A DNA stretch of 63,576 nt, filler included, from Basidiobolus meristosporus CBS 931.73 (taxonomy: Eukaryota; Fungi; Basidiobolomycota), in the NCBI GenBank assembly GCA_002104905.1. It is 4 parts of 4 records of this genome, joined end to end, with 100 filler letters (N's around TTAATTAATTAA, not from the genome) between each part and the next. Parts side by side here need not be neighbours in the genome. Positions count along the whole stretch, not along the records: positions 1 to 12,195 come from MCFE01001251.1; positions 12,296 to 40,233 come from MCFE01000892.1; 2 more parts are not named here. One strand, 5' to 3'. How positions within the stretch are numbered: the first letter of the stretch is position 1; every line of letters starts with the position of its first letter. A model generated the notes under the pieces. That model was not told the DNA's origin. It worked only from the letters and a program-made list of their open reading frames with translations, and did no database searches. Position numbers and translations under genes: made by a program. This document shows, piece by piece, positions 1 through 14,079 of this stretch.

Positions 1-80
1 AGCATCTTGCAACTTATCTGCCTTATTTCTTAACTGAACCTTGCATTTTGTCTGCTTTGATCCTGTCTTATCTCCTTCAG

Positions 81-1180
81 GATATAGTTGGTGAATTGTT
101 GGCATTCGGGATATCTTTCGACCTTATCAGGAATGGAGATCACCCTATTCTTGGCTGGCTTCATGATGTCCAAGATAGATTAGCTCTGGTGAGTATTTGG
201 ACCATACTTGTGAATTCTCATGCTAATCCAAAGCGTTCATTTGAAAGTTGATCATGTTCCCTATCCTAAGATACATCGAACCCCCACTTTCTATTTTCAG
301 AAAAGGCAGAGAGGCAGAGAAAAAAATCCGCGAGGTATATTCATTCTTTATCTACCCTAGTGAGTCTACTAAAGCTTCTTCGGTTCCGATTAGTTTGGCC
401 TGAATGCCCAGAGAGAGCGTAGAAATATGGATATCCCTCGCCGGGACATCCTTCAATTGATGTCTGAGGCCAGGGATCCAGACACTGGAGAGCAACTCAC
501 TGAAATGGAACTTCTGAGTGAGAGTATGGATCAGATGTAAGTGGCAGTTGGCGCCACGTTCTTAGGCCTGGTGCTTATAGTCCATTAGTTTTGCAGGCAC
601 GGATACAACAAGCAACACCCTAACATGGGCGGTTTATTTGCTCACAAAGCACCCTAAATCTGCCCAGAAGCTTGCAGAGGAGCTGGATGCTGCAATACCT
701 GATCGCCAAGCTAAAATTCAGGATAGTGAATTGCACTCGTTACCATACCTCAACGCAGTCATATCGGAAACATTCCGTTGCCTTCCAACCGTTCCTATTG
801 GGCTTCCAAGGGTTATCCCTAAAGGTGGGAAAACCATGAAAGGTTATTATCTTCCAGGTGGGACAACAGTTTCCGTTCCTATTAATTGCCTTCACCTGGA
901 CCCCCATGTCTTCCCTGATCCTGAAGCATTTCAACCGGACAGATGGTTGGTAGAGGACACCCTGTTGATGAAGCGCTACCTCATCCCTTTCTCGTATGGA
1001 AGTCGGGCCTGCATTGGCAGAAACATTGCTATGATGGAGTTGAGACTGACTTTAGCCTCTCTGTATCGAAGATTTGATGTTCAAGCTGTTACAGGTCAGC
1101 ATGTAGAAGATAGAGTGCAGCTCCTGGTATTGAAACCACACGGCCAAGCCTTCAATGTTCATCTGAAGGCCCGTGAATAA
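81..1180 (+). CDS. Cytochrome P450, 5'-partial, multi-exon (CYP53-like is a guess)
   Basis: I-helix FAGTDTTSNTLTW, ETFR (ExxR), QPDRW, heme motif FSYGSRACIG; upstream exon DIVGELLAFGISFDLIRNGDHP; GT-AG introns near 190, 335 and 537. Confidence 0.93.
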
Positions 1181-1674
1181 CCGCACTCTTGAATACGCAC
1201 CCCTTTCCAGCTGGTCAATGCACAACAACTAAAATAAACATATCGATCTGAATGTCCTTAGGTAAAGCCCGGCAAATTTTCTATTGTAATGCACGCTAGA
1301 TCTTCTATGATCATAATGGAATTTTGCCCATCAGGTGGATTAGATGAAATATGCATCGTTTTGCGAAGGTCAAACTGGCAGGATTTTAGTTGGCGATATC
1401 CAAAAACCGTTAGACACCTCTGTAGCGCGAACTGCCAATCTAAAATCCATCTCTTGCTTTGATTCTGGTGGTCTTAGTTTTGTCGTGCCAATGTTGCTCT
1501 TCCTATACTGCACCACAATATCTCATTCCCCCCACGCCCCGATTTTTCCTTAGCATACTTGGGAACTTTGTATTATTAAGCTCACATATTGTTTTGTGAA
1601 ATAGTTCTCCATGGCTCTAGTTGTGGGGTAGAATTGCTAATGATCCAGTAATAAATAAAGGTTGACCAGGAAAG

Positions 1675-2022
1675 TGTTGTAAAAACTTCTAATTCCACCT
1701 AAATATTCACTCAACTTAGTCACTTGGATTATTGCCTACCAATCTTAGAGAATACTAACCAAATTCCTTGTCAGGATTTACTTGGAATATTCTCACCAAA
1801 ACATCTGGTACCCAGTGCATGAAAATTCCCATAGTTGTCCAAACAGCCCCAAACTTCTCTCACATATTCTTGGGACCTTCCTAAGCATATTTTAGGTGCT
1901 TGTTATGCCAGGATCATGTAAAAGTATCAATATTACTTTAACATTCAATAAATCATTAGGCAAAACCACAAAATCCACTTTTTCTCCCATTCACTTCCAA
2001 TATCTCCAAGGCACTTACAATA
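1675..2022 (+). mobile_element. Diverged solo LTR of the Copia family at 40334-41891
   Basis: Starts TGTTGTAA, ends TTACAATA; collinear by eye with the reverse complement of 41543-41891 (e.g. CCACCTAAATATTCAC, CATTCAATAAATCATTA, CACTTCCAATATCTCCAAG). Confidence 0.85.
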
Positions 2023-2236
2023 GAATTCTCCGGAGTTGATATATCATATCTATGAATCTTTGTCTCAGGTCATACCAAGTGCAAATAGGAATAGTCTATC
2101 ATCAGTGGTTGCAGCATTTCCATATTCAAGCTTTTCTGGCTCATTATCTCTCATTCCTAAGCACAATTCAGATGAATGCCTTTACTTTTTGCTGTAGCTA
2201 CAGGAGAGATTGTTGCATCCTTAAACATGTCTTGAG

Positions 2237-2583
2237 TGTTCTAAGAGTCTTGAAGATATTGGAAGTAATTGGGTATTTGTGTAGATTATGTGGCTTTCAC
2301 TTAATGATTGATTGCATGTGAAAGTAGTGTTTATAATTTACATGGACTTGGCAGGACAAACATTTGTAAAATGGTTAGGAAGATCCCAAGAGTATGTATG
2401 CAGAGTTTGGTACTGGTTGGACAACCTATCAAAATCTTATGCTCTGGGTACCTGATGCTATGATCAAAATATTCTGCTTAGATCCTGTCAATATGCTTGG
2501 CTCATATTCTCTAAGATTTGTAGGCAATGATCCAAGTGACCCAGTTGCATGAGCACTCAGATGTAATCCCAAAGCTTACAACA
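2237..2583 (-). mobile_element. Second diverged LTR of the same Copia family, opposite orientation
   Basis: TGTT...TTACAACA termini; shares AAGAGTCTTG.AGATATTGGAAGT and GATTATGTGG.TTTCACTTAATGATT with 41543-41891. Confidence 0.8.
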
Positions 2584-2589
2584 CTTAGT

Positions 2590-3120
2590 ACCTTGATATA
2601 GTGGCTATTGTTGCTTGTTAAGGCATTTTTTCCTTCTTATTTGTTTGTGGATATCTCAATTACTTGTCCATGAGTCTTCTATATGGATAATTAAAGTCAG
2701 ATCTTCAGTTCTGGACTGTAGGTCTGACACAAGGCCCTGAAGCTTGTCTCTCAGGCTATGCCAGAGGGTACCTATCACATCCTCATCAGTAGTTTGCACT
2801 CTCACTGATTCCACCTTATTAGTGAGTCAGGTCATTCTGGTTATTAGATTTTACAGTTCTCCTCCTGAGGGGATACTATTGCTATAGAATTTTTTTCCAA
2901 GATGCATCTTCCTAACAGCTGATAAGTGTTTTCTAATGCCTTCCAGCAGAGTGTGTGACTGTTTAGTCAACTGTGGGACTATTAATGCTTGGGGCACTTG
3001 TTGGGATTTATTTAGATTATTTTCCCTAAAACATCAAGGAGAATTATCTAAAGCTTGTAGACAATGAATTAAGTGACCAAGTTAGGTGAATATTTATGTG
3101 TCATTACAAGACTTACAACA
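2590..3120 (-). pseudogene. Decayed Copia gag fragment plus partial LTR end
   Basis: GATCTTCAGTTCTGGACT and CTATCACATCCTCATCAGTAGTT match 40985-41080; AAGTGAC.AAGTTAGGTGAATATTTA...TTACAACA at ~3065-3120. Confidence 0.7.
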
Positions 3121-3858
3121 CATATTGCATATTCTATCAGCAGTGCTTGATGACTGGTAAGTTAGAATACTGGTCAGGTTCAGTCAGTAATAATAAATAC
3201 AAGTATAGTTTTACCATGTTTTGACAGTCCAGGTTTACTTCAGTATACCAGAATCATAGACATATGCCGTTGGTGACCTATCACTTAATCCACTATTAGG
3301 ATGCAACAATATGCCCTAATATCATATTGGCTGAGTATCAATACTGGCCTCTTTGTATGCCTACCGCCAATATTGCTGCTGGTATTAACATCTTGTATTG
3401 TGCTTAAGTGTATTTATAGTTGACATGGAGTTCACAAATGAAGTGTCATGAAATTGTGGCACAATTCACAACAGGGAAAAGGATATGAAATATGGTTTTG
3501 TAACTTTACTAGAGATTTTGGACACTTGTTTCCAATTGAATGTCTTCTCTGTGTGGTCAAGGTAATTACATTCCATTGCTACATGAAAATAATTGTCATA
3601 TGGTGCAGTCACCCAAATGTAAATTGTGGCCCATGCAACGATCAAATGCGGGGATAAACAGAGCAACTCATATTACAATTTCTCAGTCAAGATCTTGAGT
3701 TGTACACACAGGAATGGTACTTTTCACATAGCTTTTCATTCATAGTCATCAGGAAAAGAGGACTCATAGATATGGCTTTGGTGTTCCAAGAACCATGATT
3801 ATGGGATTCCTTGTATTAACATGAGTAGGATATATACATCCAGATATCATTGCTCTCA

Positions 3859-5096
3859 TTAACGAACAATCACGCTCATCATAATATTCAATGCTACGGA
3901 GATTGCATCACAAGTAATGTTTACCCCAGCACCTGAATACAACCCACGCCAATTCCAAGCCAAAGCCCCTTTGATGTTCTTGCACTTGGTTCTCTCTTGA
4001 GGGTGAAGGGCTGATTCTTCCGTCAGGATGCTCTTCCAGCAATCGATCACTCCCGCGTAAGGGACTTGGCGTGTTTGAACTACAGTATCAAAACGCCTCC
4101 CAGGGATCTGGCATCGAAGACGCTTACAAATGGTGTCCAGAGGGAAAGTAAGCACTGTCTGAAGGATTGAGAAACCTAGCGTCACCCACCCATCCAGAAT
4201 AGGCGACTCGTTGGGATCGATATGAAGCACTCGCTTCCTCACAAAGTCACTGACTTGTCGGAGAAACGAGAAACCGGCATAGTAAATGGCAGTAGGAAGT
4301 GTGCTAGGTGACCAAAATAGCGATCCAAGCCCCTCTTCAGCAACTACAGTACGCAGAAGATGAACAAGCCCTCGGTATTTGCGATGCTTCTTATTGGAGG
4401 CTTGGGCAACCAATCTTCATTCCACATTCGTTAGCAGGATCAAGTCAGCAATAGAGGTATGATACCTACCTAGTTTGAGCAATCTCTATTGGACTGAGAA
4501 GCGCCCCTACTATGAAACTGGTTGTAACCCCAATGGCCATACCACCCAGGCTCTGACAATCGCCAACTGCATCTTGGTCCAAGCCAAAGGCGGCGTTTAG
4601 CTTACGGTCCAAACTCCAATTAAGGTAACAGCAAGACGTACTGAACAGCAAGGTTGTCAACTGTCCTACAAAAAGAATCAGATCACTTAGCCTCCAGGTT
4701 GAAGGCAGTAAGGCAAGCCTCACCTTTCCAAAGAGATTGCCATCCTTCCGTCTCCTGTTGAATCAATGCCTTAAGAATCCCCAAAGGGCCGGTGTACAAC
4801 GGTGGAAGCTGAAAACTCGATTTGATGGGATGATTTCCGGGTGTTTTCGCCTCTCCTACATCGCTGCCCTTTACTCCAACTCCACCCACCTCATTCTCTT
4901 TGGGTAGATACTGTATTTGAAGCAGAGTTGCACCGACCGCGAAGGGCTGTATTGCAACTACTCCAGCAGCCGCGCCGAATATCCCCGGAAGGAAGCACCA
5001 CCAACAACATTCGTCGGTCAACAGGGTGGTGGGGACCTCACAACTATTAGACTGGTCCATATTTGATTGGCACGTCATGGGGGGAGGAGTCTTCAT
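3859..5096 (-). CDS. UGO1: Mitochondrial carrier-fold outer-membrane fusion protein, Ugo1-like (multi-exon)
   Basis: ATLLQIQYLP, EGWQSLWKG, SPIEIAQTR, YRGLVHLLRTVVAEEG, FPLDTICKRLRCQ, WRGLYSG across three ORF pieces. Confidence 0.72.
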
Positions 5097-5468
5097 TATA
5101 TTTCAAAATTGAGTTTATTGCGGAAATTCGCGGTTGCTAAATCTATATGTACCAGTCACCAAGCGTGTAACCAAGCTCCAGTCATATCTAATGACTACCA
5201 CGGATATAGCTGGCTAAATGAACTTTTAAATACCTAGACACGCGCCACACCAACCTTTTGATGAAACAGTATTCACATGACTGAAGGTAAGCGGGACGAT
5301 GAGTTCGTTGGATAGTATTGGAATTGTTTATTACAAGCAAAATATAGAAGCCATGGGGGGGGGTGAAGAGTGGTTAGAAGAGAGGAAAATTACAGGAGAA
5401 ATTGCCCTTCGATGTAGGATATAATTGGCGCCAAGAGAGTTTCGATATTAGGTGCTATGAGTGGATTT

Positions 5469-8400
5469 CTAGTTGCGTCTCTTGCCAGCCTTGGATCCCT
5501 TGAGGCTAAGCTTACCCCTGGACTTGAGGGCAGTAGGGTTCAAGGGAACATAGGCGTAAGGATCAAGGCGTCCCTTCTTGACATCACCACCAGCCTTCTT
5601 GGCCTTGTATTCTTTACCGACGATTTGACCGTCCTTGCCTCTGCGCTTTTTACCTTGAGCTTGAGGACGGGCTGGCGTATCATCATCTTCCTCTGGGAAG
5701 TCGTCCTCGTTACCTCTACGCTTGTTGCTGAACTTGATTCTGTTACCAACACGAGTGTAGCCCTCCTTGGAAGTCATGGCCTCGAGATAGTTGCTCTCAG
5801 CCTCGCGCAAGGCCTTCTGTTCTGCAGTAAGCTCGACAGGCTCCTCTTCGGAGTCGTCCGAGGACTCGTCAATCATTAGACGACCATCATCGGTAGCCTT
5901 GAAGTTGGCACCGACCGACTTGAGCTGCTGAGTTCTCTTGCTAGGCTTGGTAGATGTGACCTGAGAGACAGCACGTCTGTCCAAGAAATCAAGTGGGCCC
6001 TCATGGTCCTCCTTGATCCAAGCCTGGGCTTGTCCCTTCTTCTTGGGCTTCACTTCACGATCAACATCCATTTGGTCCTCGTCGGAATCATCGATTTCAC
6101 TGTCACTTCCGTACAAGACATTCTCGTAGGCGCTACTGAAGCTGGCCTTCTTCTGGGTGGCGTCCTCCATCTCCTCATCCACGTCGCTGCCGGCGGCCTG
6201 ACTCTTCTTTCTCTTGGCGCGCTCCTTTCTCTTCTTGATGTTGATCACCAGCTTCTTGTGCTCCTCGGGGACGAACTGGGCGATGTCCTCGTAGCCGAAT
6301 TTCCGGATCAACCGCTCGAAGATGTGGCGAACCTTGGCCTTGAAGTGGTTCTTGTGCTCGTGGGACCAGGTGAGGATGCCAATGACGATGTCGGAGAGAT
6401 GAGGCCTCAAGAAGTCTGGTTCGAGGGTGAGCACGGAGACCTTGACGAAGCCAAGGGCGGATTTGACGATCTCTCGGTTGGTGGAGATCACGAACATCCG
6501 GATGGTCTTCAGGAGATCATCGACGATGGTCTGGGACACCTTGGACTTGAACTCGAACAGCAATCTGGAGAGGGAGGTGATGGTGGCCGAGATCATGTGG
6601 GGAGTGGATCCGGCAAGACCGGCGGTGACCATGGTGAAGTACTCGCTGATGGTGGCCTGAGCATTGTTGGCCACCACTCCTCCCTCTTCCATACGGCTGC
6701 CCATAACCACGAGAAGGTCATAGGCGAGATTGCGCGAGCGCTCGTTGACCTCCTTCGTGCAGACGATTGCTTCCGAGAGGATGGAGGGGATCAGGTGAAG
6801 ATCGTTGGATGGGAGGATGCTGACAACGTTGGCGAGTGCCTTGAGGCGCTCCTTCTTGGCGGATGGGGTGGTGGTAAGGGTGGCGTCCAGCACCTTGGTC
6901 TGAAGCTCCTCGATGTTGCGACGCAGATTTTCCTTTCCGCTCTCGCACTCACACATAGTGTTGATGACCTTGTAGGCCTTCTTCTGCAAAATCCCGTCCT
7001 CCTCTTGCCCAATCAAGGCAATGACAGTCTGGAACAGGCCGGCCAAGCTCTCGGGGTCGAGGTACACGATCATAGCGATGGCAAGATCCAGCATGGTGTG
7101 AGCCATAGGAGGAGCGCTGGTGGGGTCCTGGCTGGCGGTGGGAGTGTGGTTCTTCAGGGCATCCGCCAACAGATGGTGAACCTTCTTGAAGGTGGCGTTC
7201 ACATCACTCTCCCCAGTGATCTTCAGAAACAGACGAATCGTCTCCAACAGGTATCCACGATACTCGGGGAGGGTCTGGCTGAAGATGTTGAAGAAGATGG
7301 CCAAGAAGTTGGTGGTGAACTGGGCCAAGTGCTGAACGTTCGCCGCGGCGTCCTTTTTCTCCAGCAGGTACTGCTTCTTGAGCTTCTCGTCCTCGATCTC
7401 CGATTGGCTGAACTCGAGATTCTTTTGGATCAGCAATTGCAACGAGGTGCAGATCACTGGTCTCAGTCCGGGCTCGCTGTAGATGTTATTGCCCAAGAGC
7501 TCGGCGAAGTCCCTGTCGAATGCGGTGGGAAGATCGGTGGGAAGGTGGCAGAAGCCGGGCAACATACCCCAGATCTGTTGAACCAACGCCTCGTAGATCT
7601 TGGCCTCGATGGCTCTACCTTTGTTGTTGAACTTCAGAACGACCCCCTGCAGACGCTCGCTAAGGGGAACAAGTTCCTTGACGAAATATTGGAGCTCGGT
7701 GTTGATGATGTTGTCCTTGAGGATGGGAAGCAGCCAGGCGCGGCCGATCTGCTTGGCGTCCGACGATGGGTTCTCCAGATTCAAAGGAAGAAGGTTCAAG
7801 AAGGTTTGTGGACCGATGGCGGCGATGATGGCCCCCAAGGTCTCATCGATCTCTTGCTTGAGCTCCATCCCGTCAGCGGATCTCATGTCAGCAATCAGCT
7901 CGATGGCACGGTTGAGAAGAGGAGTAGAGGCGCGCCCGAGCTTCTTGAACAAAGCGCTATAGATGCTCAGGATTCCTGGCCAAGCAGCTCTGTACCGGAT
8001 GCTCAGCCCAGACTCCAACAACGATGCGATCTTCTTCAGGGGAGACTTGTTGCTCTCACCCGCCGACTCGATCAACTTCTCGGTGACGCAATTCTGGATG
8101 AAGCCGGACAGACACTCGGTGGCCGCATTGATGATCTGCTTCTGGTCGCATTCCAAGTCGGGGAAGATCAGTGCGAAGATCAGTCCAATTTGACGGGCGC
8201 ACTTCTCTGCGTTACATTGGGCGTAGGCCTTGTAGCCGCTGTTCATGATCTTGAGCCAGGAGGTGGAGAGATGGACGTCGTTGATATTGGGCTTCATCTC
8301 CATGAGTGTTCTCAGCAAATCCTCGGTTCTTTCTTCACCAAAGTCCTCGCTGCTGTGTTGGAACAGATTTTCGAAGACTTCGAAGACCGCCACTGTCAAA

Positions 8401-9168
8401 TAGCTGTTGTTGAATTTGGGCAGTTGTAGCAGGATCTCACAGAGGGGGTTAAGTTGGGCGGCAGGCCAAGCGAAGACGATGGGCTTGATGAGCGCAAGGA
8501 TATGAAGAGCGGAGCTTGGGTCGGATTTGGTGCTTTCTTTCAGCACCTTGAGGCAGAAGTCGGCAGCAGGGAAGGAGGCGGGATGCTGAAGGGTGGGTGG
8601 AGGAGGATGGGCCAAGATTTCGTGAATGGATTCTTGGGCCTTTCTGCGGACCTTGGGTCTTCCATCTAAGCAAATCAACATAATGGCTTGGAAGGTCTTT
8701 TTGGCAGCAGAACCGCTCCAGGTTGCGCTGTCTTGAGCAGCGAGGAGGATTTCTAAGCAGGTGAGAGTAGAGCGGAGAGTGGGAGCAGACGAGTGGCTGG
8801 TTTCGAGAGTATTTACTAGGGTAGCCAACAATTGAGCGTATTTACTTCTAAGGACGTTCTGAGAAAGGCTACAGATGAAAGGAATGGATCAGCACCATGC
8901 GGAAGTGGCTACATGGGACTAGCAAGACTTACTGGGGGAATACTATACTCAGAAGATATATCACAGCTGACTTGATTTCATTCTCGCCATCGGTCTCTTG
9001 TTGCTCTTGCAGAAGAGTGAATAAGGTAGCGAAATAGGCGGTTGGGGAAGGCTCTACATTCTGCTCTCTTAGAGTTTCCTCCACCGCCAAAAGGGTCATG
9101 GCCGCACTTTTTTGGCTTCCCACAGTGGAGTTCACTTGGGTACGAAGTTTAGAGAAAGTATTCTCCAT
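5469..9168 (-). CDS. RRP12: Ribosome biogenesis HEAT-repeat protein Rrp12
   Basis: Exon 1 MENTFSKLRTQVNS...PSPTAYFATL, intron ~8870-8932, 1120-aa exon with DGRPKVRRKAQ, QKKAYK, NREIVKSALGFVK, KKAGGDVKKGRLDPYAY. Confidence 0.95.
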
Positions 9169-10084
9169 GATGAATTATTATTTAGACAAGGAAAGAGGCA
9201 GGGATTATTAACCGGTTCAGACGTCGTCTATGGGTTGGTCGGGACGATAGAAGAGGGTCGTTGAAGTTTACGGGTGCTCTCTCGATACAAACGTGAACCT
9301 TCTCTAATCAATATATTCTTGTTACCCTCGCTCGGGCATAATTCGAGCAAGATTGGCAAAAAAATGGGTGGAATTTTTTTATTTTTTTTTCAAGCCAAAA
9401 AAAATGCTGAGTTTTGCGCCCGTCGAAGTCGATCTTTCTCCTCCAATAGAAGCCCGAAAAACTCGGCGTAATCATCCTACTGGACGGTAGGAAATCAGAG
9501 CATTTTGGCATCAACCAGTGCGCGATCGATCTCGAGGATGTTGAAACTTCCGTACACAATGCAAGCTCGGTGGGAATAGTTTGGCTCACTGTGATTCTTC
9601 ACGATTCAACTCTCAGGAGGAGCGATTTAATATAAGGTTTGAGAGGATACCTTCTGATTGAACAATGCTGCTTTATATAGCCACAGGTGGGATATAGATC
9701 AAATTTACGTAACAAGCTCCTGTTTCAATGCACTAATCAGAAATGGATTCCTGTTCTGGAGCCCAGATATCGCACCTCCTTCCCAACATCGCTAAATTGA
9801 TGTCTAGGGTTGTCAGTGAATTGGTACGAGGCCAAACATAGCTAGTCATCTAAGACCCATCTCGATACCAACTCAGGAGAAGTTGACTTGACTGCTCGAG
9901 GGTTTATAAATTCTGGAGGCTCGAGAGATCCGCTAACCAAACGATGTCCCAGCTGGAGCCCACAGTCCCTTCCGCCTCCCCTGACAAAGTAAGCTTCCGG
10001 CGTTGGCCCTTCCCCCAACAATTCATCTTACATCTTTCCCGCAGCCCAGCTACCATCAAGATTTGGCAATAACGGTGACCGATA

Positions 10085-11682
10085 ATGAGAAGCTCGACTA
10101 TGTTGATCCACTGGTATGCATTCCCACACTGCACTCCCCGAAAGCCTCTGATGCTAACCACTGTCCAGACTTGGCGACGGTCCAAGAAAATGGGCATTCT
10201 GGTGATGGTTGCCCTTGTTGGGTTTCTAGGACCACTAGCAAGTGCAATCTATGTATGTACACCAGATATCGATTCCTCAAGTGTGCTTAACTAACCCTTG
10301 TTGCGACGAACAGCTGCCAGCATTGGTAGACGTCCGAGCCGCCCTTAACACCGATATCAATACAATCAATGCCTCGGTGGCTTGCTACGTACTCTTCAGC
10401 GGACTTGGGGTAAGCCTTGAGCTAGGTTCAAACCGCTGGTGATGTGGAGACTAACGTTGCTGTTAGCCGCTGGTTTGGGCACCTATTTCAGAGCGCCATG
10501 GCCGACGGGTCGTCTATCTACTCTCAACATTGCTCTTTTTCGTAGCCTCTATCGTTTGCGCACTCTCTAAGCATGTCACCATGTTTATCATCATGCGAAT
10601 CCTTCAGAGTTCTGGTAGCTCGGCGGCCATGGTTGTGGGGGCAGGCTCGATTGCCGACTTGTTCGATATGCGGGAGCGTGGTACCGCCATGGGTAAGTGC
10701 TTGGTGGGATGCGAGCCGCGCTATAGAGCTAACCAGGCTTCATCTAGGACTCTTCTTGATTGGCCCGTTGGTTGGCCCCATTACCGGCTCGATTATAGGT
10801 GGAGTGATTAATGAGTACTTGGGCTGGCAGTGGATTTTCTGGACCCTGGCCATCCTCAGCGGCCTCATCCTGGTGGCGAGCTACTTCTTTCTGCCGGAGA
10901 CCTATCCAGCCAAGTTGAACAATCTGATCGAAGGCCGTGGGAAACGCCACTTCCCCAACCCGTTCAGGCCTCTGTATTTCCTGAGGCACCCCGCGGTGTT
11001 GATGATCACCCTCTACCCAGGCATCATTTTTGGTGTATTGTTCTTGCTGCTGACCTTGCTCTCGGAGACGTACGCGGAGAAGTACCTGCTCTCGTCGGCA
11101 GAGATCGGCTTTTGCTATGGGTTCGAGGGCGCGGGCAGTATCCTTGGGACTATCGTCGGCGGCGTGTATACTGACTATACTCTGCGTAAACGGATGAAAG
11201 CCCACGGGGGAGATCACCATCCCGAGATGAGGCTGCACTCCATGTGGATTGGCGCGTTTTTGGTGCCTATCGGCTGCCTTACATACGGCTGGTTGCTCTA
11301 TTTCGACGCCCATTTCTTGTTACCGCTGATTGGCCATTTTTTATGTAAGTCGCCCACCATACCCCTTGTGTGCCGCAACACATACTAACCTTTGTTATCG
11401 AAAATCCCAGTCGGCTTCGGCATGAACATCATTATCACCACCTGTAATACTTACCTGGTGGATGCCTACTCGAAGTATTCCGCATCCATCACCAGCTGCG
11501 GGATCTTTGTACGCAACGTATTGGCCACCATCACGCCTCTCTTCGCCCTGACCATGAGGCAGCGTCTAGGCGACGGCTGGATGATGACCATCTGGGGAGC
11601 CATCACCGGTGTGGCGGTGGTCCTGCCTGTACTGGTCTTGTACAGAGGTGCGATATGGAGAGGCCCGATGGAGGCCAAGTGA
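10085..11682 (+). CDS. MFS transporter, DHA1 drug:H+ antiporter-like, multi-exon
   Basis: SERHGRRVVYL, GAGSIADLFDMRERGTAMG, GPLVGPITGSIIGG, WQWIFW, LPETY, PEMRL, TYLVDAY. Confidence 0.9.
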
Positions 11683-12195
11683 AAAGTCCCGTTGTAAATT
11701 CACCCAATCCAACTATCATGAAATTTTGTTGTGCAATTCCGTCTTCATGATTTCCTTGTATAGAATAAACGCTGCATTGCATCGCTTAGAGAGTTCACTG
11801 CCTCTCGTTTGCCATGCCAAGGATTGGTTTGCTAGTGTGCAAGTGTGTCTTTCCCCAGCCATGTAAGACTAAAAGGATTGGCACCCGTCCTGAAACTCCA
11901 GTAGATCTCGGAGAATTAAGCCTCCTGAACGCCAGTTTCATTGAATAGCTTGTGAAGTTGTCTAAGCACACATTCGCCCTACCACACCCAAACCACCCAA
12001 TTATCTCCTGTTGGCTAGTCTGCGGAGTTGACAGGTTTCTGCACGGTGTTGGGTGGATGCTCTGGACCATCCAGGGCGTATGGTGAGACGGGTTTTACTC
12101 GGGGCACCTAAACAACGGAGGCTCTCAATTACTCGTCACCTTCGCCACCATATGTGCTATCAAGAGTCGGTTTGGCACATCATAGATTCAGAACT

Positions 12196-12295
12196 NNNNN
12201 NNNNNNNNNNNNNNNNNNNNNNNNNNNNNNNNNNNNNNNTTAATTAATTAANNNNNNNNNNNNNNNNNNNNNNNNNNNNNNNNNNNNNNNNNNNN
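12196..12295. other. Artificial contig spacer (N-run with TTAATTAATTAA)
   Basis: 100-nt block; central 12-mer gives stops in all six frames; same design at 40234 and 53934. Confidence 0.97.
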
Positions 12296-12934
12296 TGAAA
12301 TTCAGACTTGATTGGCATATGAATTGTTTTGCCACACTAACAGGAGACGAATGATAGAATATGGAAAGAGCACCCATCGAAGTTCAAGTTTGGAAAATAA
12401 TGCTACTTTAGTACCAATCAATGGAGATTCCGAAGCTGCCAATAATGCTCCAGTCAAAATGCATCCGGGCATTGGAAGAAATTTCTGTTGGCGGAAATGG
12501 TCGTAATTGGCATGGATGGTTGACCGCTAAGTAAGATCGGTTACACACCGAATCTCCTCGAGGAGTTACTATTAAGCATTGGATGAGAGGCTCACGAATA
12601 CGGATAATTCAGGGGCTCTCAAGTTTGGTGTAATAGTTTGTCTGGTATTTGAGAAGATCTTAATCACCTCCATTGTATATTTTCTCTAATCTATCCTGAT
12701 ATAGACCGCCATTGGCCATGATGCTATGACTAATTCTACATCGTTCTTACTGAGGAACGACGATTACTTTTCTGTTGCAATTGGATTTCCTTAATCATCA
12801 ACGATGGCTCCAGTCCATAGTGGCAATATTTTCACACTTGATTAATATATAATAAACCTCATGCCGATTTTCCCTGATCAGTCTCCCAGACTTCAATCTC
12901 TCCTCAGCTTAGAACTGTGTTTCATCCTTCCACT

Positions 12935-14079
12935 ATGGCCTTCGAACAGACTGATGACCTCCGTATCTCGGGATATGACCCCCTCGTACCCCCTCAGATT
13001 ATCCAGCAAGAACACCCGTTGACCGACAAAGCCAGAGGTACTGTCCAAGAGGGACGTCAGAAGGCAACTGCTGTCCTGAAGGGTGAAGATGACAGAGTGT
13101 TGGTCGTAGTTGGCCCTTGCTCCATTCACGACGTCGACGCAGCCAAAGAATATGGTGAGTGTTCAACGTTTCCTTTCATTCTTGACCATTGTATTAACGA
13201 AACTCCCCAACAGCTCTTCTGCTCAAGGAGGCCGCCAAGAAGCATGAAAACGAACTGGTGATCGTTATGCGCGCTTACTTCGAGAAGCCTCGTACCACCG
13301 TCGGCTGGAAGGGCCTGATTAACGATCCTTTCCTCGACGGCAGCTTCCAGATTAACAAGGGGCTCCGTATTGCCCGCCAGCTGTTGATTGACATCACCTC
13401 CATGGGCGTTCCAGTAGGATCCGAGCTGTTAGATACCATCTCCCCACAATTCTTGGCTGATCTTATTTCCTGGGGCGCTATTGGCGCCAGAACCACTGAG
13501 TGCCAACTTCACCGTGAGCTCGCCTCCGGCGTATCATTCCCTGTCGGCTTCAAAAATGGTACTGATGGCAATGCTGGTATTGCCCTTGATGCTATCCGTG
13601 CCGCCTCCCATCCACACCACTTCTTGGGTGTGACAAAGCAGGGTCTGGCCGCGATTACCAACACCTCAGGAAACGACTCGTGCCATATCATCCTTCGTGG
13701 CGGTACTCATGGGCCAAACTACGAGAAGCAGCATATCGCCAGTATTCGCGAAGAATTGCGCAAGACCAAGTTGAATGAGGTGATCATGGTTGACTGTAGC
13801 CACGGAAATAGTTTGAAGCTTCACACCAACCAACCTAAGGTCTGCTCCAACCTAGCCCAACAGATCGCCGGCGGAGACAACTCCATTGTTGGCTTGATGA
13901 TCGAAAGTAACTTGGTCGCTGGTAGACAGGATATTCCCAAAGAAGGCCCTGAGAGCCTCACCTACGGAAAAAGCATCACTGATGCCTGCGTTGACTGGGA
14001 AAGCACTGTTGCCATGTTGGATGAACTGGCCAGCGCCGTGCAGAAGCGCAGAAGTTTACGTGCCAATGGAAATCATTAA
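12935..14079 (+). CDS. ARO4: Class I DAHP synthase, probably Tyr-sensitive type
   Basis: [66 protein letters not shown]; intron 13155-13213; FLGVTK resembles yeast Aro4 FMGVTK rather than Aro3 FLSVTK. Confidence 0.88.

Noticed and set aside
6003-8429. 808-aa plus-strand ORF
   Set aside because: Antisense shadow of RRP12 caused by codon bias; no motifs.
12240-12251. Recurring TTAATTAATTAA as a biological motif
   Set aside because: Occurs only centred in identical N blocks; it is an assembly linker.
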